Shown piece after piece: positions 17,485 to 25,116 of a stretch of DNA of 25,137 nucleotides. The notes under the pieces were generated by a model. The model saw only the letters and a program-made list of their open reading frames with translations, made no database searches and had not been told where the DNA came from. This DNA comes from Acidobacteriota bacterium. GTDB taxonomy: Bacteria; Acidobacteriota; CAIWXX01. The number at the start of each line of letters is the position of its first letter. The stretch's first letter is position 1. Made by a program: the position numbers and the translations under genes. The stretch spans positions 1 through 25,137 of the forward strand of contig JBFMAF010000046.1 of assembly GCA_040755995.1 (NCBI GenBank). Direction: 5' to 3'.

Positions 17485-18660
17485 CTACGCCTCTTCCGGT
17501 TCGCCGGGCGTAGTCGGGAGCAGGCGGACGAGCCCCCAGAGGATGACGAAGGGGAGCAGGAGCAGGATCACGGCCGGCAGCAGTCCCTCCTTCGTCGCGA
17601 AGTCCATCTTGTAGGCGGTGTAGCCGAGGTAGCTCTTTGAGAAGAGCTGGCCGCCGATCACCACGTTCCACCGCATCGCGAAGATCCCGACCAGCGTCAG
17701 GCACGCAGACAAGACGTAGATGCCCTTTCGCGCCAGGTCGCTCACCTTCACCAGCTGCACCAGCGCGAGCAGGCCGATTGGGAATAGGGTCCCAATGACG
17801 ATCTGGACGATCACCTGCGACGTGTAGAGCCTCGTGTGAACCATGAAATCCAGAGTCTTGAAGGACTCGTCCGATTCGTAGATCCGGTGGATCAGGTCGA
17901 GCAGCTCCAGCGAGAAGTCAATGATAAAGGCATACATCAGGTATCGCGCGGTCGTGTCGAGGCAGCGCATGTCGAGCGTCTTCCCCGAGATCCAGGTCAT
18001 GAACATGTACATGAGCAGCACGGTCGCGACGCCCGAGACGATGGCTGAAAACAAGAACACGATCGGCATGACGGGCGTCGACCACCAGGGATTGGCCTTG
18101 ATCGAGCCGAAGATGAATCCGACATACCCGTGCAGGAGAAACGCCGACGGTATCCCGATCACCGTGACGAACTTGCCGACCTTGTCATCGATCTCGAGCG
18201 ATCGCGGGCTGATGTTGTCGGAGCCCAAGGCCATGACCCGGTACACCCAGTGCATCAGGCCGGTCTTCTCGCGCGCCATAAGCACGATGTCTTTGCGATA
18301 GTCCAGCCATATCTCGATCACGAGAACAGCCATGAGGTACCACAGGTAGACGAAGCCGAACATCGCCATTGCCGAAGAGGTGTTGGGCGTCAGATACATC
18401 TCGAAGGAGCGTTCGGGGTGACCCAGATGCAGCTGCAGCGGCAGAGGAGCCACGAGCAGGAAGGAGAGTGCCGTAAGAAGGGCCAGCCGGTAGGTCGGGC
18501 GAACCGCCTCGACATTGAACACTCGCTCCAGCGAGGCGAGAATGAAGGCGCCCGCCACCAGACCCGTGATGAAGGGATAGAGCACGATCAGAATGCTCCA
18601 TTGCAGCTCCATCTCATTCGGATACATAAACCCTTCGACGGCGTACACGATAGATTCCAT
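17485..18660 (-). CDS. NrfD/PsrC-family membrane quinone oxidoreductase subunit
   Basis: WSILIVLYPFITGLVAGAF, HLGHPERSF, SAMAMFG, LHGYVGFIFG, RWNVVIGGQ and multiple TM helices. Confidence 0.9.
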   Translation of the reverse strand: MESIVYAVEGFMYPNEMELQWSILIVLYPFITGLVAGAFILASLERVFNVEAVRPTYRLALLTALSFLLVAPLPLQLHLGHPERSFEMYLTPNTSSAMAMFGFVYLWYLMAVLVIEIWLDYRKDIVLMAREKTGLMHWVYRVMALGSDNISPRSLEIDDKVGKFVTVIGIPSAFLLHGYVGFIFGSIKANPWWSTPVMPIVFLFSAIVSGVATVLLMYMFMTWISGKTLDMRCLDTTARYLMYAFIIDFSLELLDLIHRIYESDESFKTLDFMVHTRLYTSQVIVQIVIGTLFPIGLLALVQLVKVSDLARKGIYVLSACLTLVGIFAMRWNVVIGGQLFSKSYLGYTAYKMDFATKEGLLPAVILLLLPFVILWGLVRLLPTTPGEPEEA

Positions 18661-18674
18661 CTGCTTGCCCTCCT

Positions 18675-19451
18675 CTACCTTACCGAGCCGTCAAGGCCGC
18701 TGTAATAGGTCTTGGATCCGGTGGCCATCTGCGGCTTGAGCACCTGCACATTGTTCAGCCGAACGAAGTCGTGGATGGGATCCTTCGGATTCTTGAAATC
18801 GCCGAGGCTGCGTGCACCCGTCGGGCAGACCTCACAGCAGGCCGTTGTCAGTCCCCTGGTGATTCGATGGTAGCACAGCGAGCACTTGTCGACGGTTTCG
18901 GTCCTCGGGTCTATGAAGCGGCAGCCGTACGGACAGGCCTGCACGCAATAGCGACACCCCATGCAGTAGGCCTTGTCCACCAGCACCGCGCCGTCCGGGC
19001 TCTCGAACGTCGCACCCACCGGGCAGACCTGCGTGCACGGGGAGTGAGAACATTGATTGCAGAGCTTCGGAACGAAGAAACTCTTCGCGCCGTCTCCCTC
19101 CCGATACTTCTCCGGGAAGCCGTTGTAACCTCCCTCCGGCGAGTCCACGGTGATCCTCTCGGCCTCTCCACCCGGCTCCTGATACGACACGTGATATCGC
19201 TCCACCCAGGTCCGGAAATAGGGTCCCTCGACCGGTACATCGTTCTCGACTTTGCAGGCCCTCACGCAGTTCCCGCACCCGATGCACTTCTCGATGTCGA
19301 TCGCCATGCCCCACCAGTGATCGGACATGTCGTAGGCCGGAGCGGTCGCGGCGTTGCCGGCCAGGATGTTGTCGATTGCGGCTGCTGCGGCCGGCGTGAG
19401 TAGAAGATACTTGCCTGTGCGAACGAGGAACTCCCTCCGTGTCGACGTCAT
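18675..19451 (-). CDS. NrfC/DmsB-family 4x[4Fe-4S] protein, Tat-exported
   Basis: TRREFL Tat motif; CIGCGNCVRAC, CNQCSHSPCTQVCP, CMGCRYCVQACP, CSLC...CCEVCP. ATGA overlap with the upstream cytochrome. Confidence 0.95.
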   Translation of the reverse strand: MTSTRREFLVRTGKYLLLTPAAAAAIDNILAGNAATAPAYDMSDHWWGMAIDIEKCIGCGNCVRACKVENDVPVEGPYFRTWVERYHVSYQEPGGEAERITVDSPEGGYNGFPEKYREGDGAKSFFVPKLCNQCSHSPCTQVCPVGATFESPDGAVLVDKAYCMGCRYCVQACPYGCRFIDPRTETVDKCSLCYHRITRGLTTACCEVCPTGARSLGDFKNPKDPIHDFVRLNNVQVLKPQMATGSKTYYSGLDGSVR

Positions 19452-19951
19452 TGTTGCACCTCCACCGGCGTTTCCTCCGCAGGCTCATCGGGCGATTTCT
19501 CGGGGTGATGCGGCAGGTGGCACGTGTTGCACGGCTGTTCCTCGGCATGCTCCTTCGGCTCCACCTGCGGGAATCCCCTGGGCTTGGCGACGTTCACCTC
19601 ATGGCAGACCAGGCAGACCGACTGTGCGTCGGGTCGAACCGGTTTTACCTTCTCCGGATCCTCTGCGTGCTTCGCCAGTGCCCTGTGGCACGCCTCGCAG
19701 CCGATGCCTGCATGCTTGCTGCCGGCGCGAGCTTCCGAGATGTCACTGTGACAGTCCTCGCACGCCGCTCTGCCCGCAAACGACAGCGGCCGTGAACGGT
19801 TGTCATCCAGGGCGCCCGCTCGATACTGCCCGTACATGCCGTATCCTTTTGGAACGAAAATGATGCGGGCTACCATGAAAGCGAGGGTGCCTCCGAGAAA
19901 CAGAAGGCCCATCCTGACGAGGTGTTCTTTGTCTTTCAGCAGTTCCTTCAT
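19448..19951 (-). CDS. Membrane-anchored tetraheme cytochrome c
   Basis: N-terminal TM helix; CEDCH, CEACH, CLVCH, CNTCH; SD GGAGA. Confidence 0.9.
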   Translation of the reverse strand: MKELLKDKEHLVRMGLLFLGGTLAFMVARIIFVPKGYGMYGQYRAGALDDNRSRPLSFAGRAACEDCHSDISEARAGSKHAGIGCEACHRALAKHAEDPEKVKPVRPDAQSVCLVCHEVNVAKPRGFPQVEPKEHAEEQPCNTCHLPHHPEKSPDEPAEETPVEVQQ

Positions 19952-19994
19952 CCTGAGCTATCTCCAATCCCATGGACCCGGTTCAATGACGGCC

Positions 19995-22900
19995 TCAATG
20001 CGCGCTCGCGGCAGGCGGCCGGTAGCCGCCCTGCCTGTCTGCCACCTTGATCCTCAGGTACAGCAAGATCGCAAAGATGGTGATCACAAGCGTTGAAACC
20101 ACCAGCCAGTTGCGGCGGAAGCGATACTCGCGCCGGAGGTTCTGTGCCTCCACCTGAAGCTCGGCGGCGGACTTCATCCCGGCCTCATAGGGCCGCGAGA
20201 AGTCGGTTCGGTTGAACGAGTGGATGAGAGATCTCGACTGGCGCAGCGAGTCGGCGAGGCCGCCGGCGCCGAATCGCAGGTCATCCACTTCCATCCCCAT
20301 CTCCGCGAGCTCGGCGGCATCACTCTCGATCTCGGCCTCGGCCTTCCTCAATCGCACCAGGCTCCTGTAAAAATAGTCGCAGGCTTCGGTGCAGGCCGGC
20401 GTGCCGTGCTTGGAGTGACAGGGATCGCAGACACTGGTGGGCTTCCCCACCGCCAGCATCTCGTCGGAGGTCTTCTGTATGTCATGCTTGCCGTGACAGG
20501 TTTCGCATTCAGGCCAACGGTTGGTTATGAAGGCCTTCTTGTGGGGGCTGCCGTCGAAGAGCGTCCCGTTGATTACGTGGCAGGTCCGGCACACCTGGGC
20601 GATGTGGCTTACCTCGGGGGGCAGCGCGGCGTGGTTGCCGTGGCAGTCGTTGCAGGCGGGTGCGCCGAGGTCGTGTCGTACCAGCAGCGCCCTGCCGTGA
20701 ACGCTGCGCCGGTACTTCTCGAGCTGGTCCGTTGGGATCGGTGTCTTCCCGTCGGCCAGCGTATAGCCCGCCATGTATGTTGAATCGGCGTGGCACCTGC
20801 CGCACGTGGCAGGGATGTTGGCAGCATTCACCGAGGAGGCGGGACTCTCAGGGTTCCTGATCCCGTGCGTACCGTGGCAGCTCACGCACTGTGCCGCCTT
20901 CGAGTCTTTCTTTCCGAGCAGCAACTGTCCGTGCCGGCTCTCCTTGTACTTCAACATCTGGTCCACCGGGAGGCTCGGGTTGAAGCGCCTCATGAACTCG
21001 GCGTTCCCGTGACAGCGCGCGGTGCAGAAGTCCGGGATCCATGTGCGATCGAGCTTCCTCGCTTCGGCCGCGGGCCAGCGCGCGTATATCTCGTCGCTCA
21101 TCGAGTCGTCCGACGGCGAGCCTCCGTGGCACCCGGAGCACATCAGGCCCTGGCGAAGATGCACATCAGAGACGACCTCGCGAAGATCCAGATGATGGTA
21201 CGGATCAAGCCCGCCGCCGGCGGCCTCGCGGAGCCGGAACAGCGTCGCGTCCGTCTGCATGTCCGGATTGGTGTGGCAGAGCACGCAGTTGTCCGACAGG
21301 AGGAGCTCGATCTTGCGGTCGTCAAGGTTCAGGGAGAGCAGGGCCTTGAGCTGCTCGGCGGAGGACAGCATACCCCTCTCGACAGCGGAGAAGAAGAGCG
21401 CCTGCGCATGCCCGGGGAGCCGGCGAAACTGCGCCTGCGCTGCAGGTGAAACGACAGCGCCTTTCTCCGCCTTCGCGTTGAAGATGGTCTTGAAGTCCGC
21501 GGGCCACTTCTCCTCAGGCACCTGCTCGACCACAGGCGCTGCCTGCGCAGCGGAAGCCGGCCGGCTGAACGGCGCGCCGATCAGCAAGAGGGCCAGCACG
21601 ACTGCGGTCCGCGTGCGTCTGGCATGCAGGAACACCGCTGCGGCAAAGAGAACCGTGCAGATACCGCTTGCGTTCAGATAAGAGAGCCCGGCGAAACCGT
21701 GGAGAATGGCCTGCAGGAGGGCGATCGTAGTAAAGGCGAAATGCCGCGAGTGGTGTAAGCGCCATCTGAGCAGGATGATCCCAAGCCCCAGGAGCAGGAC
21801 GAGGCCGGCGGAGTTGCGATTGATCATCCGGACGAGCTCGGGCTTCGCCCATGGATCTTCGCCGTGCGGCACGCCGACGCCCAGGTCCCATGCCTTCAGT
21901 GTGAGGAAGGTGAGGAACAGGAATGCCGCGACGCCGAAGTCCGTGAATCCGGGGCTCGGGCGTCCCCGCTGTGAACTGCGATTCAGAAGCGGAACGAGGA
22001 ACCAGGCTGCCATCAGCAGCGTGGAGAGGAACATGCAGGCTTGTGGTCCTTCCATTCCCAGGATGTGTGGCGGGAATTCCTTCAGCATCTGGTAGATCCA
22101 GAGGAAGTACCATTCGGGCTTGATCCCGGGGTAGGCGGGCTGCAGCGGGTCCGCCTTCTCACCAAGGTTCCATTCCATGCCGGGGATGCCCGGGCCGTGA
22201 GGCAGCCACACGGCGAGGATGGCGAGGATGTTTACGCACAGCACCCAGAGCAGCGCGTCCCGCATGACGAAGTTCGGGAAGAAGCGCATGGCACCCAGTT
22301 CGCGCGGACGATTCTCCGGATCCGGTTCAGCCATCCCCTGCCTCTGAACGAGAACGAGATGAAAGGCGATGAGCGCGAAGGTGACGATCGGCAGGACGCA
22401 GACGTGGAGCGCGAAGAAGCGGTGGAGAGTGCGGATGGAGACCTCGGTGCCGCCGCGGAGGACCTCGAGCAGCCATTCTCCCACCCAGGGGATCGATTTC
22501 AGCGAGTCGGTGCCGACCGAGGTTGCGAAGTAGCTGAGTTCGTTCCACGGCAGCAGATAGCCCGAGAATCCGAAACACAGGGCCAGGCCCAGCAGGGCGA
22601 AGCCGGTCATCCAGGTCAGCTCCCTGGGCCGGCGGTACGATCTCAGGAAGAAGACGCTGAACATGTGGATCAGAACCGCCATGACCATCAAGTGCGCCGA
22701 CCAGCAGTGGATCGAACGGATCAGCCATCCAAACGGCACCTTCCCCACGATGTATTTCATGCTCTCATAAGAGGCGTTCTCGCCGGCCTCGTAGTACATC
22801 AGAAGTAGAATGCCCGTGAGGATCTGCACAAAGAAGAAGAAGAGCGCGATGCCACCGAAGTAGTACCAGATCATGGCGTGACCGCCGACCGGCACCTCCT

Positions 22901-23030
22901 TGTGGCGCACGAATTGAACGAGATCATCCAGGTGATAGCGCTCGTCGAGCCAGCGCCAGGGCCTGTCAAGAAAGGTCCCGACGAAGGGTTGCGGTTCTTG
23001 TGACGGTTCGTTCGCTGCGGGGCGCTGCAT
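19995..23030 (-). CDS. Fusion of cytochrome b6 + subunit IV (PEWY) + extra TM helices + 9-heme cytochrome c + C-terminal TM anchor
   Basis: RSIHCWSAH...IHMF, FSGYLLPWNELSYFA, LH-x14-H, KPEWYF. Heme motifs CVLCH, CSGCH, CTARCH, CVSCH, CGRCH, CNDCH, CRTCH, CETCH, CDPCH. Start is ATG 23030 (or GTG 23039), just after the Rieske stop. Confidence 0.9.
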   Translation of the reverse strand: MQRPAANEPSQEPQPFVGTFLDRPWRWLDERYHLDDLVQFVRHKEVPVGGHAMIWYYFGGIALFFFFVQILTGILLLMYYEAGENASYESMKYIVGKVPFGWLIRSIHCWSAHLMVMAVLIHMFSVFFLRSYRRPRELTWMTGFALLGLALCFGFSGYLLPWNELSYFATSVGTDSLKSIPWVGEWLLEVLRGGTEVSIRTLHRFFALHVCVLPIVTFALIAFHLVLVQRQGMAEPDPENRPRELGAMRFFPNFVMRDALLWVLCVNILAILAVWLPHGPGIPGMEWNLGEKADPLQPAYPGIKPEWYFLWIYQMLKEFPPHILGMEGPQACMFLSTLLMAAWFLVPLLNRSSQRGRPSPGFTDFGVAAFLFLTFLTLKAWDLGVGVPHGEDPWAKPELVRMINRNSAGLVLLLGLGIILLRWRLHHSRHFAFTTIALLQAILHGFAGLSYLNASGICTVLFAAAVFLHARRTRTAVVLALLLIGAPFSRPASAAQAAPVVEQVPEEKWPADFKTIFNAKAEKGAVVSPAAQAQFRRLPGHAQALFFSAVERGMLSSAEQLKALLSLNLDDRKIELLLSDNCVLCHTNPDMQTDATLFRLREAAGGGLDPYHHLDLREVVSDVHLRQGLMCSGCHGGSPSDDSMSDEIYARWPAAEARKLDRTWIPDFCTARCHGNAEFMRRFNPSLPVDQMLKYKESRHGQLLLGKKDSKAAQCVSCHGTHGIRNPESPASSVNAANIPATCGRCHADSTYMAGYTLADGKTPIPTDQLEKYRRSVHGRALLVRHDLGAPACNDCHGNHAALPPEVSHIAQVCRTCHVINGTLFDGSPHKKAFITNRWPECETCHGKHDIQKTSDEMLAVGKPTSVCDPCHSKHGTPACTEACDYFYRSLVRLRKAEAEIESDAAELAEMGMEVDDLRFGAGGLADSLRQSRSLIHSFNRTDFSRPYEAGMKSAAELQVEAQNLRREYRFRRNWLVVSTLVITIFAILLYLRIKVADRQGGYRPPAASAH

Positions 23031-23044
23031 GTTCGACACGGCTC

Positions 23045-23533
23045 TCAGGCTCCTTGTATGCTGATCGTCACCTTGCCTCCCAGGTCGCCCTCGACGGCGT
23101 ACACGGCGAGAGGCCTGGGTGGAGGGCCCGAGATGACGCGCCCGTCCAGGGCGAACTTGCCATTGTGGCAGGCACACCAGACCAGACTCTCATCCGACTT
23201 GTACGTCACCGTGCACCCCTCGTGCGTGCACTTGGCCTGCAAGGCGTGGATGTTCTTCCTCGCGTCCTCGAAGACGATCACCCGTTCCGTGCCCATGCGC
23301 ACGATAGCGAAGCCGCTCTCGGCCACCTTCTTCTTCTCCTCGTCGCTGAGCGTCATCTGCCGGCCGCCGCTCGCTTCGGGCGGGCGCTTGAGGTACTTCA
23401 GCACCGGGTAGAACAGCACCGCCATCCACGCAAAGAAACTGCCCCCGAGCAGCAGATTCAAGATGCGCCGCCGTCTCGCCAGCCCGTCACCGGACGGCGG
23501 CGCGCCAGCCGGGCGCGAGTCAACTTGGACCAT
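23045..23533 (-). CDS. Rieske 2Fe-2S subunit (system B)
   Basis: CTHEGC, CACHNG, SGPPPRPL, RRRRILN followed by a TM helix. ATG 23533 has SD GGAGA. Confidence 0.9.
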   Translation of the reverse strand: MVQVDSRPAGAPPSGDGLARRRRILNLLLGGSFFAWMAVLFYPVLKYLKRPPEASGGRQMTLSDEEKKKVAESGFAIVRMGTERVIVFEDARKNIHALQAKCTHEGCTVTYKSDESLVWCACHNGKFALDGRVISGPPPRPLAVYAVEGDLGGKVTISIQGA

Positions 23534-23826
23534 CGTCGTCTCCAAATGCAACGAGGAATCGCCTATCCGTGGTTACACCGTCAACAGGGACAGGCCTTGA
23601 GTTGGGGGCAAGACCCATCCGACCGGCCACATGCAACAAGTTCAGGCTGAGGAAGTGCGCCGAGTCTCGCCCGCAGACGCCGCTCGAGACGTGCCGAAGA
23701 CAGCCGCCCGATCGGAACAGGCGATACTCTGAGACGATAGCATCCTGCCCACGGATGCCGACACTAGCAGACATCCATCCGCAGGTCAATCTCAATCCGG
23801 CATTCCTGCGCCATCGCCTCTGCATA

Positions 23827-23896
23827 CGTGAGCGTAGACGTTTCCGTGAACGTGAACGAATCCCTCTCGCCCGGACCGTTCGCGTCCACGATCACG
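23827..23896. repeat. Hexamer-periodic imperfect inverted repeat
   Basis: CGTGAG-CGTAGA-CGTTTC-CGTGAA-CGTGAA-CG followed by CGTTCG-CGTCCA-CGATCA-CG. Arms 23845-23858 and 23877-23890 match 12/14. Confidence 0.6.
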
Positions 23897-23929
23897 TTGA
23901 GTACGAACCTTGTAGGCCCGCCCCAGCGA

Positions 23930-23991
23930 ATACAGCGCGTCCTACACTGCGTCGACCCGTAGATCCGGTGTGGACTTATGACGCGCTGTAT
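23930..23991. repeat. Long hairpin (12-bp perfect inverted repeat)
   Basis: ATACAGCGCGTC (23930-23941) / GACGCGCTGTAT (23980-23991), with additional inner pairing CTACAC/GTGTGG. Confidence 0.7.
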
Positions 23992-24002
23992 GGATGAATC
24001 GG

Positions 24003-24155
24003 CTAGCCCGGTGCAGGAGGCTGGACGGGGTCAGCGGATTGAGTCTCGCTTACCCCGCTGCCGTCCCGCTGCAGGCACTCCGAGAGCCGCACGAGCTGGC
24101 GTGAGCTCGCGAACGCACAGCAGAACGACAACGCCAGTGCGCCGGTCTTCCACAT
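24003..24155 (-). CDS. Candidate 50-aa small protein or gene remnant
   Basis: Strong SD GGGGAGGTG just before ATG 24155 and TGGTATAAG about 30 bp upstream. Translation MWKTGALALSFCCAFASSRQ... looks like a short signal peptide. Confidence 0.35.
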   Translation of the reverse strand: MWKTGALALSFCCAFASSRQLVRLSECLQRDGSGVSETQSADPVQPPAPG

Positions 24156-24222
24156 GACTGCACCTCCCCTGGTAACCGCTGAGCCCTTATACCAAGGATA
24201 TAGGCGGAAACCCGCGCGCGCG

Positions 24223-24240
24223 TTGTGACACGAATCACAA
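24223..24240. promoter_or_regulatory. CRP/Rex-like palindromic operator
   Basis: TTGTGA-CACGAA-TCACAA contains the full TGTGA-N6-TCACA consensus with Rex-like outer T/A, in a divergent intergenic region. Confidence 0.7.
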
Positions 24241-24360
24241 GTGCAGGACCAACCGCGCGATGCTTTCGCCTGCGACCGCGCGGGGAGGTGCGTTCTGCGG
24301 AGATTCCTGATAGCATGACCCCTGTTCGAGGCCGTGATACCGGCCCGGCAAAAGGAGAGG

Positions 24361-25092
24361 ATGATGAAAAAGCTCGTCGCAACAACCGCGATCCTACTGG
24401 CCGTCTGCTCGTTCGCGAGTGCGGATGTATACATCAGAACGCAGTCCCACACCGATCCAATGACAGTGATGGGGCAGGCACAGCCCGCCCAGGACCATAC
24501 CATGGAGACTTGGATTGGCAGCGACGTTTCCGCGACCCTGGCCCAGGACAGCTCGTACATCGTCGATCTGAAGAAGAATGTGTTTTACATAGTCAGTCAC
24601 AAGACCAGGTCCTACGTCGAATCGTCGCTCCCGTTGGATTTCACCAAGCTGCTTCCACCGGAAGCCGCGGCGATGGCCGGCATGTTCAAGATGACGGCGA
24701 AGGTCACTCCGACGACCGAGACCAGGAAGATCGGCCAGTGGAACTGCACCCGCTACAACGTGACGATGACCATCATGGGCATGAACATGCAAATGACGAG
24801 CTGGGCTTCGACCGAAGTGCCGTTCGATGTGAGCCTGTACAGCGCGAAGCTGATGGGCCCCGTGTTGAAGGGCCAGATGCACCTCGACGATGCGTCAGTG
24901 CAGGAGATGATGAAGATCAAAGGCTACCAGATCGCGTCCGAAACGGTCATGGAGATGATGGGGGCCAAGGTCAGAACTACTACCGAGGTCCAGGAGATCG
25001 CGCAGAAGGCCCCGCCTGCGGGCACGTACGCGCCCCCTGCCGGTTACGCGAAAAAACCATCGCTAAGCATGCAGGACCTGCAAGAACGGTAG
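24361..25092 (+). CDS. Secreted DUF4412-like protein
   Basis: SD AAGGAGAGG, signal peptide ending FASA-D, 'IVDLKKNVFYIVSHKTRSY', 'VTPTTETRKIGQWNCTRY', 'YAPPAGY'. Met-rich (21 of 243 by my count). Confidence 0.75.
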   Translation: MMKKLVATTAILLAVCSFASADVYIRTQSHTDPMTVMGQAQPAQDHTMETWIGSDVSATLAQDSSYIVDLKKNVFYIVSHKTRSYVESSLPLDFTKLLPPEAAAMAGMFKMTAKVTPTTETRKIGQWNCTRYNVTMTIMGMNMQMTSWASTEVPFDVSLYSAKLMGPVLKGQMHLDDASVQEMMKIKGYQIASETVMEMMGAKVRTTTEVQEIAQKAPPAGTYAPPAGYAKKPSLSMQDLQER

Positions 25093-25116
25093 GTAGGGGC
25101 GGTTCGCGAACCGCCC
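25093..25116 (+). repeat. GTAG-family REP element
   Basis: GTAG immediately followed by the perfect 20-bp palindrome GGGCGGTTCGCGAACCGCCC, directly after the stop codon, with no U-tract. Confidence 0.75.

Noticed and set aside
20370..20400. CTEACD as a tenth heme site in the fusion protein
   Set aside because: No His after the second Cys.
23560..23590. FNR-like half site TTGAC upstream of the Rieske gene
   Set aside because: The second half does not match ATCAA; it could simply be a -35.
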